Positions 50,576-61,387 of a stretch of DNA of 64,000 nucleotides are shown here, piece by piece. Origin of the DNA: Narcine bancroftii (taxonomy: Eukaryota); assembly GCF_036971445.1 (NCBI RefSeq), contig NC_091469.1:29760001-29824000 (forward strand), given 5' to 3'. The notes below the pieces were generated by a model. That model did no database searches and was not told where the DNA came from. It was given only the letters and a program-made list of their open reading frames with translations. Position numbers and translations under genes: made by a program. Within the stretch, counting starts at the first letter, position 1, and the number at the start of each line of letters is the position of its first letter.

Positions 50576-51449
50576 ATACTTTCATCTAAACTGGGTCACA
50601 GCGGTTTAGGAACCCTTAGCATCATATCAAATACATGAAGCACCAAAACAGGTTCATACTAGTGATAATGCTCCACACAAGCCTTCACCCTTATTATTCC
50701 ATCCCATCCACTCAACCAGTCTTTGTTTTCCTTTCTTCCATAATTTTTGTTTAATTCCATAGTTGTCCCAACTTCTCAAATTTCAAATGCATTTATCCTT
50801 CCGGTGAGTGCAGTATCGGTGAGATTAAGTTATTCCTTGCCTGGGTTCCTCTACAAGTGGAAACACATTCACTTGCTCTTTTATTCCAAGATGTAGGTGT
50901 CTTTGGGGGCAACCCCAATTCTCACAATTGGTAGCAGGGCAATTACGAAGGATCCACACATTGCTGGGGTCTGCAATCCCATATAGCTGGAGTAGTTCCA
51001 GAAGAACAGCATGAGCAGATGTATATTTATGAAAAACCATGGTCTCTTGGTCATCATTAATGATAGTCAAGCATTCAATCTTAAGTTCAAGTGAATTGAA
51101 CTCTGATCTCCAGAACAATGGTCAATGTCAGTTCAACAACTCTCCTACAATAACTATAAGTTCATCTGCAGGTGACCTCTCAGCTTTCTATTTTTTTAAA
51201 TTTTTTATTTTTCACACCATAAATCACAATAGCCATGATATACACTTTTTCTTTTCCACACATTTACAGTGACTTTTTCTCCCTCCCCCCTCCCTCCTCC
51301 CAAGCCACCCCCCCATCCCCCCCCCTCTCATCCATTTTAGTTATACAATCTAGGTTGCATTAATTCAGTTAGACAATGTTGTCATTCAACAAAAATACAC
51401 CAGAAATTCTACTGAGTCCATTCTTTTCTTTTCTTCTCCTTCCATCAAC

Positions 51450-54400
51450 TTAGGTAATGTTTGTTCCCGGTAGGTTTTCGCTATTGTATTTAATGTAAGG
51501 CTCCCATACTTGTTCGAATAATTCAATATTATTTCTTAAACTATATGTTATTTTTTCTAATGGAATACATTTATTCATTTCTATATACCATTGTTGTATT
51601 TTCAAATTATCTTCCAATTTCCAGGTTGACATAATACATTTTTTTGCTACAGCTAGGGCTATCTTAACAAATCTTTTTTGTGCATCCTCCAAGTCAATTC
51701 CAAATTCTTTATTTTTTATGTTACTTAGGAGAAAGATCTCTGGATTCTTTGGTATATTGTTTTCTGTTATTTTATTTAATATCTGATTGAGATCATCCCA
51801 AAATTTTTCTACTCTCTCACATGTCCAGATTGCATGAATTGTTGTTCCCCTTTCTTTTTTACATCGAAAACATCTATCAGATACTGTTGGGTCCCATTTA
51901 TTTAACTTTTGCGGTGTAATGTATAGTCTGTGTAACCAATTATATTGTATCATACGCAGCCTCGTATTTATTGTATTTCTCATCGTTCCAGAGCATAACT
52001 TCTCCCATGTTTCCTTTTTTATCTTTATATTTAAATCTTGTTCCCATTTTTGTTTAGTTTTACCATTTGTTTCCTCATTTTCCTTTTCTTGCAGTTTAAT
52101 ATACATATTTTTTATAAATCTTTTGATTAACATTGTATCTGTAATCACATATTCAAGGTTACTTCCCTCTGGTAAACTCAAGTTGCTTCCTAATTTATCT
52201 TTCAAGTAGGATCTCAGTTGGTAATATGCCAGCGCTGTATCTCCAGTTATATTGTACTTATCTCTCATTTGTTCAAAGGATAAGAATCTACTTCCTGAAA
52301 AACAATTTTCTATTCTTTTAATCCCTTTTTTTTCCCATTTTCTAAAGGCAAGGTTGTCTATTGTAAAAGGGAGTAGCTTATTTTGCGTCAATATTAGTTT
52401 TGGTATTTGGTAATTTATTTTATTTCTTTCTACATGAATCTTCTTCCATATATTGAGGAGATGGTGTAATACTGGAGAAGTTCTATGTTGTACCAATTTT
52501 TCGTCCCATTTATATAATATGTGTTCAGGTATCTTTTCCCCTATTTTATCTAATTCTAGTCTCGTCCAGTCTGGTTTTTCCCTTGTTTGATAAAAATCTG
52601 ATAGGTACCTTAATTGTGCGGCTCTATAATAATTTTTGAAGTTTGGCAATTGTAAGCCTCCTTGTTTATACCATTCTGTTAATTTGTCTAGTGCTATCCT
52701 CGGTTTCCCCCCTCTCCATAAAAATCTCCTTATTATTTTCTTTAACTCTTTGAAGAATTTTTCTGTCAGTTGTATTGGCAATGCCTGAAATAAGTATAGT
52801 ATCCTTGGAAAAATGTTCATTTTAATACAGTTTATCCTTCCTATCAGTGTTAGTGGTAGCTCTTTCCAATGCTCTAAATCGTCCTGTAATTTTTTCATTA
52901 GTGGATTGTAATTGAGTTTATATAATTGGCCTAGATTTTTGTTTATTTGCACACCTAGGTATCTTATTGCCTGCGTTTGCCATCTGAATGGGGATTCCTC
53001 CTTAAATTTTGAGAAATCCGCGTTATTCATAGGCATTGCTTCACTTTTATTTACGTTTATCTTGTATCCCGACACTTCTCCATATTCCTTCAATTTCTTA
53101 TATAGTTCTTTTATTGATAGTTCTGGTTCTGTTAAGTACACTATCACATCATCCGCAAACAGACTGATTTTATATTCCCTGTCTTTTATTTTTATTCCTT
53201 TTATATTATTATCTCTTCTTATCGCTTCTGCTAGTGGTTCTATAGCTAGCGCAAACAATAATGGTGATAGTGGGCATCCCTGCCGCGTTGACCTGCTTAA
53301 GTTAAATTGCTTTGATACATGTCCATTTACTGTCACTTTCGCTAACGGTCCCTTATATAATGCTTTAATCCAATTAATATACTTCTCCGGTAAACTGAAT
53401 TTTTGCAATACTTTGAACAAGTAATTCCATTCTACTCTGTCGAAGGCCTTCTCTGCGTCTAAAGCAACTGCTACTGCCGGTGCTTTATTTCCTTCTACTG
53501 CATGAATTAAGTTAATAAATTTACAAATATTGTCTGTTGTGCGTCTTTTTTTGATAAATCCAGTTTGGTCTAAATTTACCATTTTCGGTACCTGTTCTGC
53601 TAATCTGTTCGCTAATAGTTTAGCTATTATCTTATAATCTGTGTTTAGCAGAGATATTGGTCTATATGACGCTGGTGAGAGTGGATCTTTCCCTTGTTTT
53701 AGTATCACTGTAATTATTGCTGTTTTACATGAATCTGGTAAGTCATCAATCTGGTTGATTACATCCAGGAGGGGCGGTATTATTAGGTCTTTAAATGTTT
53801 TGTAGAATTCTATTGGGAGTCCATCCTCTCCTGGTGTCTTATTATTTGGTAAATTTTTTATTATCTCTTGTATTTCTACTGTTCCAAATGGTTCTGTTAA
53901 TTTATTTTGTTCCTCTATTTGTAGTTTTGGTAGTTCAATTTTAGTCAAAAATTCATCTATTTTCCCTTCTTTCCCTTCGTTTTCGGTTCGGTATAATTGT
54001 TCATAGAATTCTCTGAAGTTTTCCTTAATTTCTTTTGGATTATATGTAATTTGTTTGTCTTTTTTCCTTGTTGCCAATACCATTTTCTTAGTTTGCTCTG
54101 TCTTAAGCTGCCATGCTAGGATTTTGTGTGTTTTTTCCCCTAGTTCATAATATTTCTGTTTTGTCTTCATTATATTCTTCTCCACCTTATATGTTTGTAA
54201 TGTTTCATATTTTATTTTTTTATCCGCCAATTCTCTTCTTTTGGTTGTATCTTCCTTTATTGCTAATTTTTTTTCTATGTTTATTATTTCCCTTTCCAAC
54301 TGCTCTGTTTCCTGATTATAGTCCTTCTTCATCTTGGTTGCATAACTTATTATTTGCCCTCTAATGAATGCTTTCATTGCGTCCCATAGTATAAACTTAT

Positions 54401-55238
54401 CTTCCACTGATTCCGTATTTACTTCAAAGTACATTTTTAATTGTTTTTCAATAAATTCTCTAAAATCCTGTCTTTTAAGTAGCATGGGGTTTAATCTCCA
54501 TCTATACATTCTTGGAGGGATGTCTTCTAGCTCTATTGCCAATAACAGGGGTGAGTGGTCCGATAATAGTCTAGCTTTATATTCCGTTTTCCTAACTCTC
54601 CCTTGTATGTGGGCTGATAACAGGAATAGGTCTATCCTTGAGTATGTTTTATGTCTAGTCGAGTAGTATGAGTATTCCTTTTCTTTTGGGTTTTGTTTCC
54701 TCCATATGTCCACAAGTTTCATTTCTTGCATTGATTTAATTATAAATTTGGTTACTTTGTTCTTCCTGTTAATTTTTTTCCCCGTTTTATCCATATTTGG
54801 ATCCAAATTCAGATTGAAATCCCCTCCTATTAGTATGTTCCCTTGCGTATTAGCTACCTTCAAAAAGATATCTTGCATAAACTTTTGATCTTCTTCGTTA
54901 GGTGAATATATATTAAGTAGATTCCAAAGCTCTGAATATATCTGACATTTTATCATAACATATCTCCCTGCTGGATCTATTATTTCCTCTTCTATTTTAA
55001 ATGGCACATTTTTGCTAATTAATATAGCCACTCCTCTTGCTTTTGAATTATACGATGCTGCTGTTACATGTCCTACCCAATCTCTCTTTAATTTCTTGTG
55101 CTCCAATTCAGTTAAATGTGTTTCTTGGACAAATGCTATATCTATTTTTTCCTTTTTCAGTAAATTTAGTAGTTTCTTCCTTTTAATTTGGTTATGTATT
55201 CCATTAATATTTAGAGTCATATAGTTCAGCGTAGCCAT
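51450..55238 (-). CDS. L1 ORF2p: APE endonuclease, reverse transcriptase and C-terminal Cys-rich domain (1262 aa)
   Basis: NINGI, VQETH, GGDFN, SRID and SDH endonuclease motifs; RT YRPISLLN, LDAEKAFD, RQGCPLSPLLF, LFADD; CFRC...HAIWTC. Confidence 0.97.
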   Translation of the reverse strand: MATLNYMTLNINGIHNQIKRKKLLNLLKKEKIDIAFVQETHLTELEHKKLKRDWVGHVTAASYNSKARGVAILISKNVPFKIEEEIIDPAGRYVMIKCQIYSELWNLLNIYSPNEEDQKFMQDIFLKVANTQGNILIGGDFNLNLDPNMDKTGKKINRKNKVTKFIIKSMQEMKLVDIWRKQNPKEKEYSYYSTRHKTYSRIDLFLLSAHIQGRVRKTEYKARLLSDHSPLLLAIELEDIPPRMYRWRLNPMLLKRQDFREFIEKQLKMYFEVNTESVEDKFILWDAMKAFIRGQIISYATKMKKDYNQETEQLEREIINIEKKLAIKEDTTKRRELADKKIKYETLQTYKVEKNIMKTKQKYYELGEKTHKILAWQLKTEQTKKMVLATRKKDKQITYNPKEIKENFREFYEQLYRTENEGKEGKIDEFLTKIELPKLQIEEQNKLTEPFGTVEIQEIIKNLPNNKTPGEDGLPIEFYKTFKDLIIPPLLDVINQIDDLPDSCKTAIITVILKQGKDPLSPASYRPISLLNTDYKIIAKLLANRLAEQVPKMVNLDQTGFIKKRRTTDNICKFINLIHAVEGNKAPAVAVALDAEKAFDRVEWNYLFKVLQKFSLPEKYINWIKALYKGPLAKVTVNGHVSKQFNLSRSTRQGCPLSPLLFALAIEPLAEAIRRDNNIKGIKIKDREYKISLFADDVIVYLTEPELSIKELYKKLKEYGEVSGYKINVNKSEAMPMNNADFSKFKEESPFRWQTQAIRYLGVQINKNLGQLYKLNYNPLMKKLQDDLEHWKELPLTLIGRINCIKMNIFPRILYLFQALPIQLTEKFFKELKKIIRRFLWRGGKPRIALDKLTEWYKQGGLQLPNFKNYYRAAQLRYLSDFYQTREKPDWTRLELDKIGEKIPEHILYKWDEKLVQHRTSPVLHHLLNIWKKIHVERNKINYQIPKLILTQNKLLPFTIDNLAFRKWEKKGIKRIENCFSGSRFLSFEQMRDKYNITGDTALAYYQLRSYLKDKLGSNLSLPEGSNLEYVITDTMLIKRFIKNMYIKLQEKENEETNGKTKQKWEQDLNIKIKKETWEKLCSGTMRNTINTRLRMIQYNWLHRLYITPQKLNKWDPTVSDRCFRCKKERGTTIHAIWTCERVEKFWDDLNQILNKITENNIPKNPEIFLLSNIKNKEFGIDLEDAQKRFVKIALAVAKKCIMSTWKLEDNLKIQQWYIEMNKCIPLEKITYSLRNNIELFEQVWEPYIKYNSENLPGTNIT

Positions 55239-55838
55239 TTTATATTTTGTTTATCTTCTCTTTCCGTTTTTCCATCATTACCTTTCTTCCTTTTCCATTT
55301 CTGTTTACTTATTTTCAACTCTTTACCAGACAACATTCCTACAACATCCAACATTTTCCTTATTCTCCTATTTCTATCTTCTTTATCCCCAATCTCCCCT
55401 TCCCCTCCTGAGTTGCCCTTTATCCCTTGTCGGACAACCACATCTCCCCTCTCCATTTGGATTTGCGAATCCACTCGCAAGCGTCAACTGATTTTGCAGT
55501 GACCGCTCTTTTCCCCCCACCCAGCCCCCCCCAGAAAAGATTTCGTTTTTTATATGTCACAAAGGTCACTCTTTTAGTTCCCTCCTTATTCTCTCTATTC
55601 CATTACCTTCCCTTATTAATTCTTGTCTATACTCTCTATGTTTTCCTCTAATTACAGATACTTTCACATATGCCCATTGTCTCTATTCACTCTTATACCT
55701 CTTTACCCGCATACATATCAATCGTGGTCATTTTTACCCTCCTTACCCGTCTTCATCCCTCAGTCTATTTTTGTCTTTACCCACATACATATCAATCGTG
55801 ATAATTTTTGCTCTCATTACCCGTCTTCATCCCTCAGT

Positions 55839-57068
55839 CTATTTTTGTAATTGTTCTGCAAATTTTCGTGCTTCTTCTGGATCCGAGAATAGTCTGTTTT
55901 GTTGTCCTGGAATAAATATTTTCAATACCGCAGGATGCTTCAGTGTAAATTTATATCCTTTCTTCCATAAAATCGCTTTTGCTGCATTGAACTCTTTTCT
56001 CTTCTTTAGGAGTTCAAAGCTTATATCTGGATAAATGAAGATTTTTTGCCCTTTATACTCCAGTGGTTTGTTGCCCTCTCTTACTTTTTCCATTGTCTTC
56101 TCCAGTACCTTTTCTCTTGTAGTATATCTTAGGAATTTTACTACAATAGATCTTGGTTTTTGTTGTGGTTGTGGTTTAGGGGCCAATGCTCTATGTGCCC
56201 TTTCTATTTCCATTTCTTGCTGTAGTTCTGGACATCCTAGGGCCTTAGGGATCCATTCTTTTATAAACTCCCTCATATTCTTGCCTTCTACATCTTCCTT
56301 AAGGCCCACTATCTTTATGTTATTTCTTCTGTTATAATTTTCCATTATATCTATTTTTTGGGCTAGTAATTCTTGTGTCTCTTTAGTTTTTTTATTAGAT
56401 TCCTCCAATTTCTTTTTTAAGTCTTCTACCTCCATTTCTGCTGCTATTGCCCGTTCTTCCATCTTGTCCATTTTTTTCCCCATTTCTGTTAAGGTCATAT
56501 CCATTTTATTTATTTTCTTTTCTGTGTTGTTTATTCTTCTTCTTAAATCATTGAATTCCTGTGTTTGCCATTCTTTAAATGACTCCATGTATCCTCTAAC
56601 AAGAGCAAGTACCTCCTTTACCTTGCCTTTCTTTTCTTCTTCTATTTCCCTGTACTCTTCCTCTTCTTCTTCTTCTTCCTCTAGGTTGACCATCTGTTGT
56701 TTCTTTGCTGCCCTTTCCTCCTCTTCTTTCTTGTTTCCATTGTCTTCTGTGGTCTCTTCTTGCTGCAGGTGTTCTGCAGCTGTCGTTGCCGGCTGTGGAG
56801 ATCGACTCCCCAGCTGGTCCCCCCTCCCGTCGGTTTGTTTTTTTTCATGCGCATCGCGCATGCGTGAGGAGTCGCGCATGCGCGGTTGCGCACTTTTACT
56901 CGGCTCTGTGAGCCATTGTTGTAGTTCTCTTTCTACCGACCTGAGGTAGTGGGGTCTTCTCTCCACAGCGGGCCTCTTCGGACAGGTAAGGCCTTCACCT
57001 TTTTCCTCCGTTGTCTTCTCTTCCTCTCTTCTTTCCGTTGATTTTGATTTTTCTCCTTTTGTCTCCAT
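55839..57068 (-). CDS. L1 ORF1p (coiled coil, RRM and CTD; true start codon may be downstream)
   Basis: 409-aa ORF with a heptad-rich coiled coil, ENYNRRNNIKIVGL, IERAHR, PRSIVVKF and IYPD motifs of the Transposase_22/L1 ORF1 family. Confidence 0.92.
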   Translation of the reverse strand: METKGEKSKSTERREEEKTTEEKGEGLTCPKRPAVERRPHYLRSVERELQQWLTEPSKSAQPRMRDSSRMRDAHEKKQTDGRGDQLGSRSPQPATTAAEHLQQEETTEDNGNKKEEEERAAKKQQMVNLEEEEEEEEEYREIEEEKKGKVKEVLALVRGYMESFKEWQTQEFNDLRRRINNTEKKINKMDMTLTEMGKKMDKMEERAIAAEMEVEDLKKKLEESNKKTKETQELLAQKIDIMENYNRRNNIKIVGLKEDVEGKNMREFIKEWIPKALGCPELQQEMEIERAHRALAPKPQPQQKPRSIVVKFLRYTTREKVLEKTMEKVREGNKPLEYKGQKIFIYPDISFELLKKRKEFNAAKAILWKKGYKFTLKHPAVLKIFIPGQQNRLFSDPEEARKFAEQLQK

Positions 57069-57534
57069 CTTCTTTCCACCTTTATATTCACTTTTCTTTA
57101 ACTTGTATTTCTGTGCCTTTGTATTTTCTCTTGTTTTTCCCGACTTTTCTGGAGAGGGCTGGAGTTCACCGTCCGGCCACTACTCCATCACGTGACTCCT
57201 CCACCTCTCAGCTTTCTTTATGGTAGAAAGCAGAGGTTCAGCTTACAAGGGAGGGATAGAGCAGGAAACCAGGCTGAAAGTCAAATGCAGACCACATGAG
57301 GATGGGAGGTGGCTTATATAGCTCTGTCTTCATTTGAGTGTAAAGCTTCCTTATCCAAACACCCCGGGACAAATCTTAATTTGTGATCGATCAAACAAGC
57401 ATGCAGCAAGTTAAAATTGTCAAAAAGTGAAAATCTGAAAATCTTCCTCAGGTCAGGCAATATCTGCAGAGAAAGAAGCTGAGTGAACCAGTGAACCAAG
57501 GAAAGGTTATCAACCTGAAGCGATACCTCATCTC

Positions 57535-58240
57535 ACAGGATCTTTGACCTACGACCATCAGGAAGGAGGTACAGGAGCATCAAAAATCAGCGCTGCCAAA
57601 GATGGCATACAGATCTTCGCAGCTGTATACCATTACAGAAGATTATTTATAATCTGAGAGACAAATGTCATGTTTTTTTAGAAAATATGATGCCCATATT
57701 GACAAAATTTTGGTTTCTATGTTTAATAGGCTCTATGAAGACCTGACTTCTTGGTAACTTCCAATAGACTTAATTGTACAAATGTTTTATTTTCTTGGCA
57801 TTCTCTGGTTTTTCTTTCTCTTTTTCTTTTTCCTTTCTTTTTTAGGGGTGGGGGGATGGGAGGTGGGATGATATATGCCACTTGTATAATTTTTTGAAAT
57901 AATTTCTGGAATTGAATGCAATATAGCTATTATTGTGGTTTAAAATTTATAAATAAAATATATTTAAAAAAAAATCAGGACTGCCAGTCTGGGAAATAGC
58001 TTCTTCCCGCAGGCAGTGAGTTTGATGAACAGTTATTGCAACCATTTCAGCCCACGAGTAAAATTATTCTGAAATATCTATACATTTTATTTTATTTTAC
58101 ATTTTAATGAATGTATGTGATCATTATGTGCTGTGTACTGGGTGTGAATGTGTATGCATGCATGGTGGACTGGAGAAAAACTGCTCTGTCTGGTTGACCA
58201 TGTACAGTCAGAAGATAATGAACCTGAACTTGAACTTGTT
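57535..58240 (+). mobile_element. Rex1/Babar 3' end interrupted by an L1 fragment
   Basis: ccatcaggaaggaggtacaggagcatcaaaa|...|atcaggactgccagtctgggaaatagcttcttcccgcaggcagtgag; (gaactt)n tail. Confidence 0.7.
57599..57969 (+). mobile_element. 5'-truncated old L1 fragment
   Basis: RWHTDLRSCIPLQKIIYNLR is homologous to the ORF2 end; AATAAA and polyA; imperfect 17-bp TSD aaaaatcag(cg/ga)ctgcca at 57582-57598 and 57970-57986. Confidence 0.8.
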
Positions 58241-59879
58241 TCTCACTCCACTACTGTTTCTTGACCTGCTGAGTGCTTCCAGCATTTTCTTTTTTTAAAT
58301 TAAATTTATAATCCTTTAGAAGGCACTGCGCAGGGTCTCTATTTCCCCAGTAAACGGATGTACAATGATCTTGCATCTGTTCTCTTGACCACCAGGAGGG
58401 CCCTGCATCTCCTCACTCCTCACTAAACATGTCCTTGTGTTGTGATCAGGTTGAAGGGACAGCACTCAGTCAACAACCCACTTTTTCACTCATTGATCTC
58501 ACATGGGCTTCCTCCGCTGCTCCCATCCAGTGCCCAAAGTCAAGGTCAAACCCATGGAATTGCTTCAGGCATCAGAAGTGTGTTACAATGAGCAAGATCA
58601 CAATCAAATGAACTACACCTTTATTTAACTCCCTTCCACCAACAAGACCAACGAACCTACAGAAAACACTGGAAATGCTCCACAGGTCTAATCAAGGGTA
58701 TTTAACCGATTTATCTTTGCACAGAGGCAGCCTGACTCCTGAGCATTTCCAGATTGAAATGATTGAGGAAAATTTGCTGGGAAATAGTAACAATGGGCCA
58801 AAATGGCCTCCTTCTCTTCCAGGTGATTCTGCCAATGTCAATATTGTTCAGAGATCTGCATTTTCATCTACAGAGGTTTCTCTGAAAGAACTGCAAACAA
58901 ATAAGTAAATGGATTTGGCAATAAGGGAAGTATCAGGCTTGCAGTAAATTCAACAATTGAACTATTAATAGGAATTGAACTATTCCAGTCCAGATTAATG
59001 TCTCTCATTTATAATTTTGTAAATGCAAAGTTATTGAGCTGCTCCATCATCCCTGTCCCATACAAACAAAGGCTTGAATAAAGATTCATCATCAAATGCA
59101 TTCTCTTCTCAACTCACCTACTCATCTTCTCCCAGTTCAACCCTGCAGCCATATAATTTTTTATTAGGGTCAAATAAAAGGAAAGGAACCCTGGTGTTAG
59201 TTATTTAATTTACAATGTAAGTAAGTTTTCCTATTGTTTCTGAATCACTCATTTTGTTTTTGGAATTGGGCCATCAAGACATAAGATTTCTTTTCAACTC
59301 ATATCAATGGTAACACATTACTAACACATTAGTTCTACTATGATGAATACACAGGTCAAAATGATTTCTTGGGAAGTAGAAGTGTTTTTATTAGGGAAAT
59401 TGACACCTACAGGGAGTCCTTGGACATCTGCCAATCCTCAGGAGGGTGCTTATTAACTGATGAGCTCAAAGACTTCTTGACTAGCTCAGATCTTTTTCTT
59501 TTCTTGACCCTCTTTTGCTTTCTAATCCTCAGGTAGTTTTCTGTCCATATAACTCAATAGCCTTTATTAATTGGAAGGTTTTCACAGTGGAATTTAAAAA
59601 AATCAGTTCTGGAAAATCCAATTGAATCCTATTTATCAAATGCACCTCAAAAAAAAAACCATGTCAGAAAGAAATGAAGTTGTTTTGTAAGACATGGTGA
59701 TCAAGTGCTGAATGAATGGCAAAGCAGACTCAAGGTGCTTACTTCCACCATTCAACTGGGTGCAATCCTCAGTTGGGAGTTTGGCTCCCACACGTCACCA
59801 GACCATGATAAAGTGGGGCTTCTCCCAGGGCTGATGTCTTTCTGTAGAGACAGCAAAGGTTCATCATTCGAGCTCAGTG

Positions 59880-61372
59880 AAACACAATAGGCTGCAGAAG
59901 CTGTGATTGTAGTAAAAACACCAAAATGCTGGAGGAGCTCAGCTGGTCTTTTCAGCATCTATAGGAGACAAAGATGTATTCCCGACATTTTGGGCCTGAG
60001 CCCTTCTTCAAGGAAAATCCAGAAAAGACAGAAACAGGATATATCAGAAAGTCTCAAAATTCAAACAATGGGGGAGGAATCGAGACGAACTAAAGGTGTT
60101 AAATGGATGCGATAAGGGACTAGGTAGAATTTATCATGCCTGTGTGAAAGGAGTCAGGGAATGGAGAGACATTGGGGAAAGCAGGGGGTGGGGGGGTGGG
60201 GGGGTGGAGCAGTTTTAACAAAATCCAGAGAAGTCGATGTTAATGCCATTCAGTTGGAGGGTGTCCAGTTGGGAGATGAGGTGTTGTTCCTTCAATTTAC
60301 GGGTGGTTTGTCTGGCAGTGCATGGGACAATGGGCATATATGTCAGCAAGGGAATGAGATGGAGAATTGAGATGGGTGGCCACTGGGAGATTCACACTTT
60401 GCAATGGACAAAGTTGAAGTGCTCAAGAAAGCGATCTCCCAGTCTGCGTCCAGTCTTTCCGACATAGAGGAGACCACAGCGGGAGCACTGGATGCTGGAG
60501 ATGATCCCTGCAGATTCACAAGTGAAGTGTTGCTTCACTTGGAAAGACTGTTTGGGGCCCCGAATGGTGGTGAGGGAGGTGGTATGGGCCCAAGTGGAGC
60601 ATCATCTGTGATATCTGGGATAAGTCCCAAGGGGATGATTGGTGGTGAGGGAGGAGTAGACAAGGGAGTCATAGAGGGAGCAGTCCTTGCAGAAGGCATA
60701 GAGCGGAGAAGAGAGAAATATGTGTATAGTAGTGAGATCATGTAGTAGGTGGCGAAAATGGTGGAGGAGAATGTGTTGGCTGCAGAGGCGACGGCAAGGG
60801 GAATCCCGTCCTTGTTGCATGTGGGGGTGGAGGGAGCCAGGGCAGCTGTGTGGGTAATGGAGGTGAGTGCCAAGTTGATGGTGGTAGAGGGAAAACTGTG
60901 TTGTTTGAAGAAGGAGGACATCTCTGCTGATCTGGCATGGAAGTCCTCCTCCTGACTGCAGGTGTGACGGAGAAAGAGGGACTGAGAGAATGGAATGAAA
61001 TCCTTATAAGGGACAGGGTGGGAATTTGTGCAGTCAAGATAGCTATTGGAGTTGGTGGATTTATAGAAAATATCTGTCAAGAGTTTGTCTCCTGAGATGG
61101 AGATAGAGAGATCGAGGAAAGGGAGTGTGTTGCTAGAGATGGAACAAGTGAATTTGAGATCAGGGTGGAAGTTGGCAGCAAAGTGCATGAAGTCAACAAA
61201 CTCATCGTGGGTACTTGAGGCAGCACCAAAGTAGTCATCGATGCAGCGGTGGAAGAGTTGAGGGGCCTTGCCGGTGTAGCTTGTAGCATGGATTTATCCA
61301 CGTAGCCAACAAAAAGGCTGGCATAGTTAAGGCTCATGCGGTACCCATGGCTATCACTTTATCCTGGAAAAA
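59880..61372 (-). mobile_element. Penelope-like element, left arm (RT C-terminal part, GIY-YIG, terminal repeat); decayed
   Basis: Reverse strand has a frameshifted AMGT..MSLNYASLFVGYV segment, YIDD-equivalent CIDD, LPFLDLSISI, TDIFYKST; terminal motif gctgagctcctccagca. Confidence 0.88.
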
Positions 61373-61387
61373 GGACGATGAGTTCTT

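Larger units (their letters stand above)
51190..57202 (-). mobile_element. Full-length L1-clade non-LTR retrotransposon, young and apparently coding-intact
   Basis: Perfect 15-bp TSD acctctcagctttct (51175-51189 and 57203-57217); 5' end GGAGGAGTCACGTGATGG; two uninterrupted ORFs; G-rich 3' UTR, AATAAA and A tail. Confidence 0.97.

Noticed and set aside
51919-56949. Several antisense ORFs (60-170 aa) within the L1
   Set aside because: Expected shadows of an A-rich coding strand; low-complexity Phe/Ser/Leu content.
56942-56950. let-7-like TGAGGTAGT 9-mer
   Set aside because: Only the seed-length match; no mature let-7 sequence or precursor hairpin, and it lies inside the L1.
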